Shown here: positions 62,390-64,000 of the stretch, piece by piece | Layout of the letters: every line of letters starts with the position of its first letter | How positions within the stretch are numbered: the stretch's first letter is position 1 | NCBI GenBank assembly: GCA_051313645.2 | Contig: JBNRSN020000002.1 | Span: 519,684,001 to 519,748,000 of the forward strand | Direction: 5' to 3' | Source: Centroscyllium fabricii | Taxonomy: Eukaryota | Length of the DNA stretch: 64,000 bases | The notes under the pieces: model-generated | What the model was told of the DNA's origin: nothing | The model's database searches: none | The model's input: only the letters and a program-made list of their open reading frames with translations | Program-made: the position numbers and the translations under genes

Positions 62390-62970
62390 TCACATCAGAT
62401 TACACAGGATATACAGCTCTGAGACAGGCCATTCGGCCCAACCAGTCCATGCCAGTGTTTATGCTCCACTCGAGCCTCCTCCAGTCTTTCCTTATCTCAC
62501 TCTCTCAGCGTAACCCTCGATTCCCTTCTCCCTCATAGGCTTTGTCCAGCCTCCCGTTAAATGTATCGATACTATTCGCTTCAACCACTCCCTGTGGCAG
62601 CGAGTTCCACATTCTCTCCACTCTCTGGGTAAAGAAGTTTCTTCTGAATTCTCTATTGGATTTCTTGGTGACGATCTTATATTGATGGCCTCTAGTTCTG
62701 CTCTTCCCCACAAGTGGAAACATTCTCTTTGTATCCACTCTATAGAAACCTTTTACAATTTTAAAGACCTCTATTAGGTCACCCCTCAGTCTTCTCTTTT
62801 CAAAAGAAAAAAAAGAGACCCAGCTTGTTCATCCTTTCCTGATATGTAAACCCTCTCATTTCTGGTATCATCCTTGTAAATCTTCTCTGCACCCTCTCCA
62901 GTACCTCGATATCCTTTTTATAATATGGTGGCCAGAGCTGTTCACAGTATTCAGAGTGTGGTCTAACCAA
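62390..62970 (-). mobile_element. CR1 3' fragment
   Basis: ORF 62505-62738: RTRGHQYK...RRNFFTQRV. Confidence 0.85.
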
Positions 62971-64000
62971 GGGAGTTCAATTAACAGAGGGCGCACCAGG
63001 AATACAACCTGGGGCCTCCTTTCCCGTATGGCTCAGTACAACACAGCATGGTGCCTGCATCCATTAAGCTATCTGGGGAGCAAGAAGATTATTGCTCAGT
63101 GCGGATTGGTAAATCACAGCCTCTGCTGCTCTAGAACATACAATCTGATTTAATTATGATGTTGAGTTCATTGGGTTTAAGCTCATTTTTTTCCCAAACA
63201 GTGAAGCTAATGGCACCAAAACAGTAGAATGGAAATGAAATAAAGTTCATGCAATGAAAAAAAATGAGTTAAGGTCACTGAACACACCCAACCAATGGTA
63301 TTAACTTAACTCGGTCCTCAATGGGTTTCACTGCACGCACAAAAGCCAACGAAAAACTTAGCAATGATTAAAATGCTCCAGTGTCTGGACAACTTTATAC
63401 ACCTTCCAACTCATCACAGCAGAACCTCCTCGAGCAGCAGAGAGCAGGGAGCGGAGGAGAAATGGATTTATCGTGTTGTGTATCTGGGAATACGTTATGT
63501 GATGTTATATTTATTAGTGGTCAGGGGAGGAGGATACAAAGGAGATGAATTGCTCAATGATGGGAAGATGAAGGGGATTTTTTTTTTTAAACTGCAAAAA
63601 CCTGAAGAAGCAAAATCACTTTGGGTCAAAGAAACAGGCTTCAATGACCTCTGTACATCTACGTGTCGATAATGTAACGCAGGCCCCCTCAGACATGGGA
63701 CTGCAGAGGGCGGAGAATGTCTTCTAATCTTCACTTGGAATGATCTACTCAACAGGCCAATAAGACGCCACGCAAGGGTTCCCCCAGTGGAGTATTAAAG
63801 ACACAAATCAGAAGGTCCCTGCTTTGTGCTGAATTGGTCAATCACAGAAGGGGCACAGTTGGGATAGGAGAGAAAAAATAAAATCAGCCAGGGTTACAGC
63901 TCCTGAAGGTTTTCTAGCAACGCCTGCTGGGAAGTATGTTTGTATATGCGTGTTGAATGAGCACAGACCGAGGCTCAACTGTGCAGTCCGTCACAGTCGA

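Overview
Repeat-dense vertebrate genomic DNA, very probably from a cartilaginous fish (shark-type CR1 LINEs, HE1/V-SINE-like and SacSINE-like SINEs, a 67-bp tandem repeat). The only host gene I can support is SORBS1 (CAP/ponsin) on the minus strand. It has five small exons in phase (61506-61568, 59421-59468, 50065-50194, 41758-41872, 28971-29054) and one candidate extra cassette exon (37217-37345). The introns hold nested mobile elements: three Gypsy LTR retrotransposons plus a remnant, a full-length CR1 LINE and many CR1 fragments, an RSg-1/RTE-X-like LINE fragment, seven Tigger/pogo-type MITEs, SINEs and minisatellites. The most notable observations are: (1) short fold-back Penelope-like insertions with 11-13 bp TSDs, one carrying back-to-back minimal type I hammerhead ribozymes; (2) a 7-kb CR1 whose apparent 4-bp TSD spans a SORBS1 splice donor, so the LINE tail now supplies the donor's +3 position onward; (3) a Gypsy element with no tRNA PBS but a 13-nt self-complementary PBS, as in Tf1-type self-priming; (4) a MITE family packed with NRF1/YY1 motifs. 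All calls are by eye; no searches were run.
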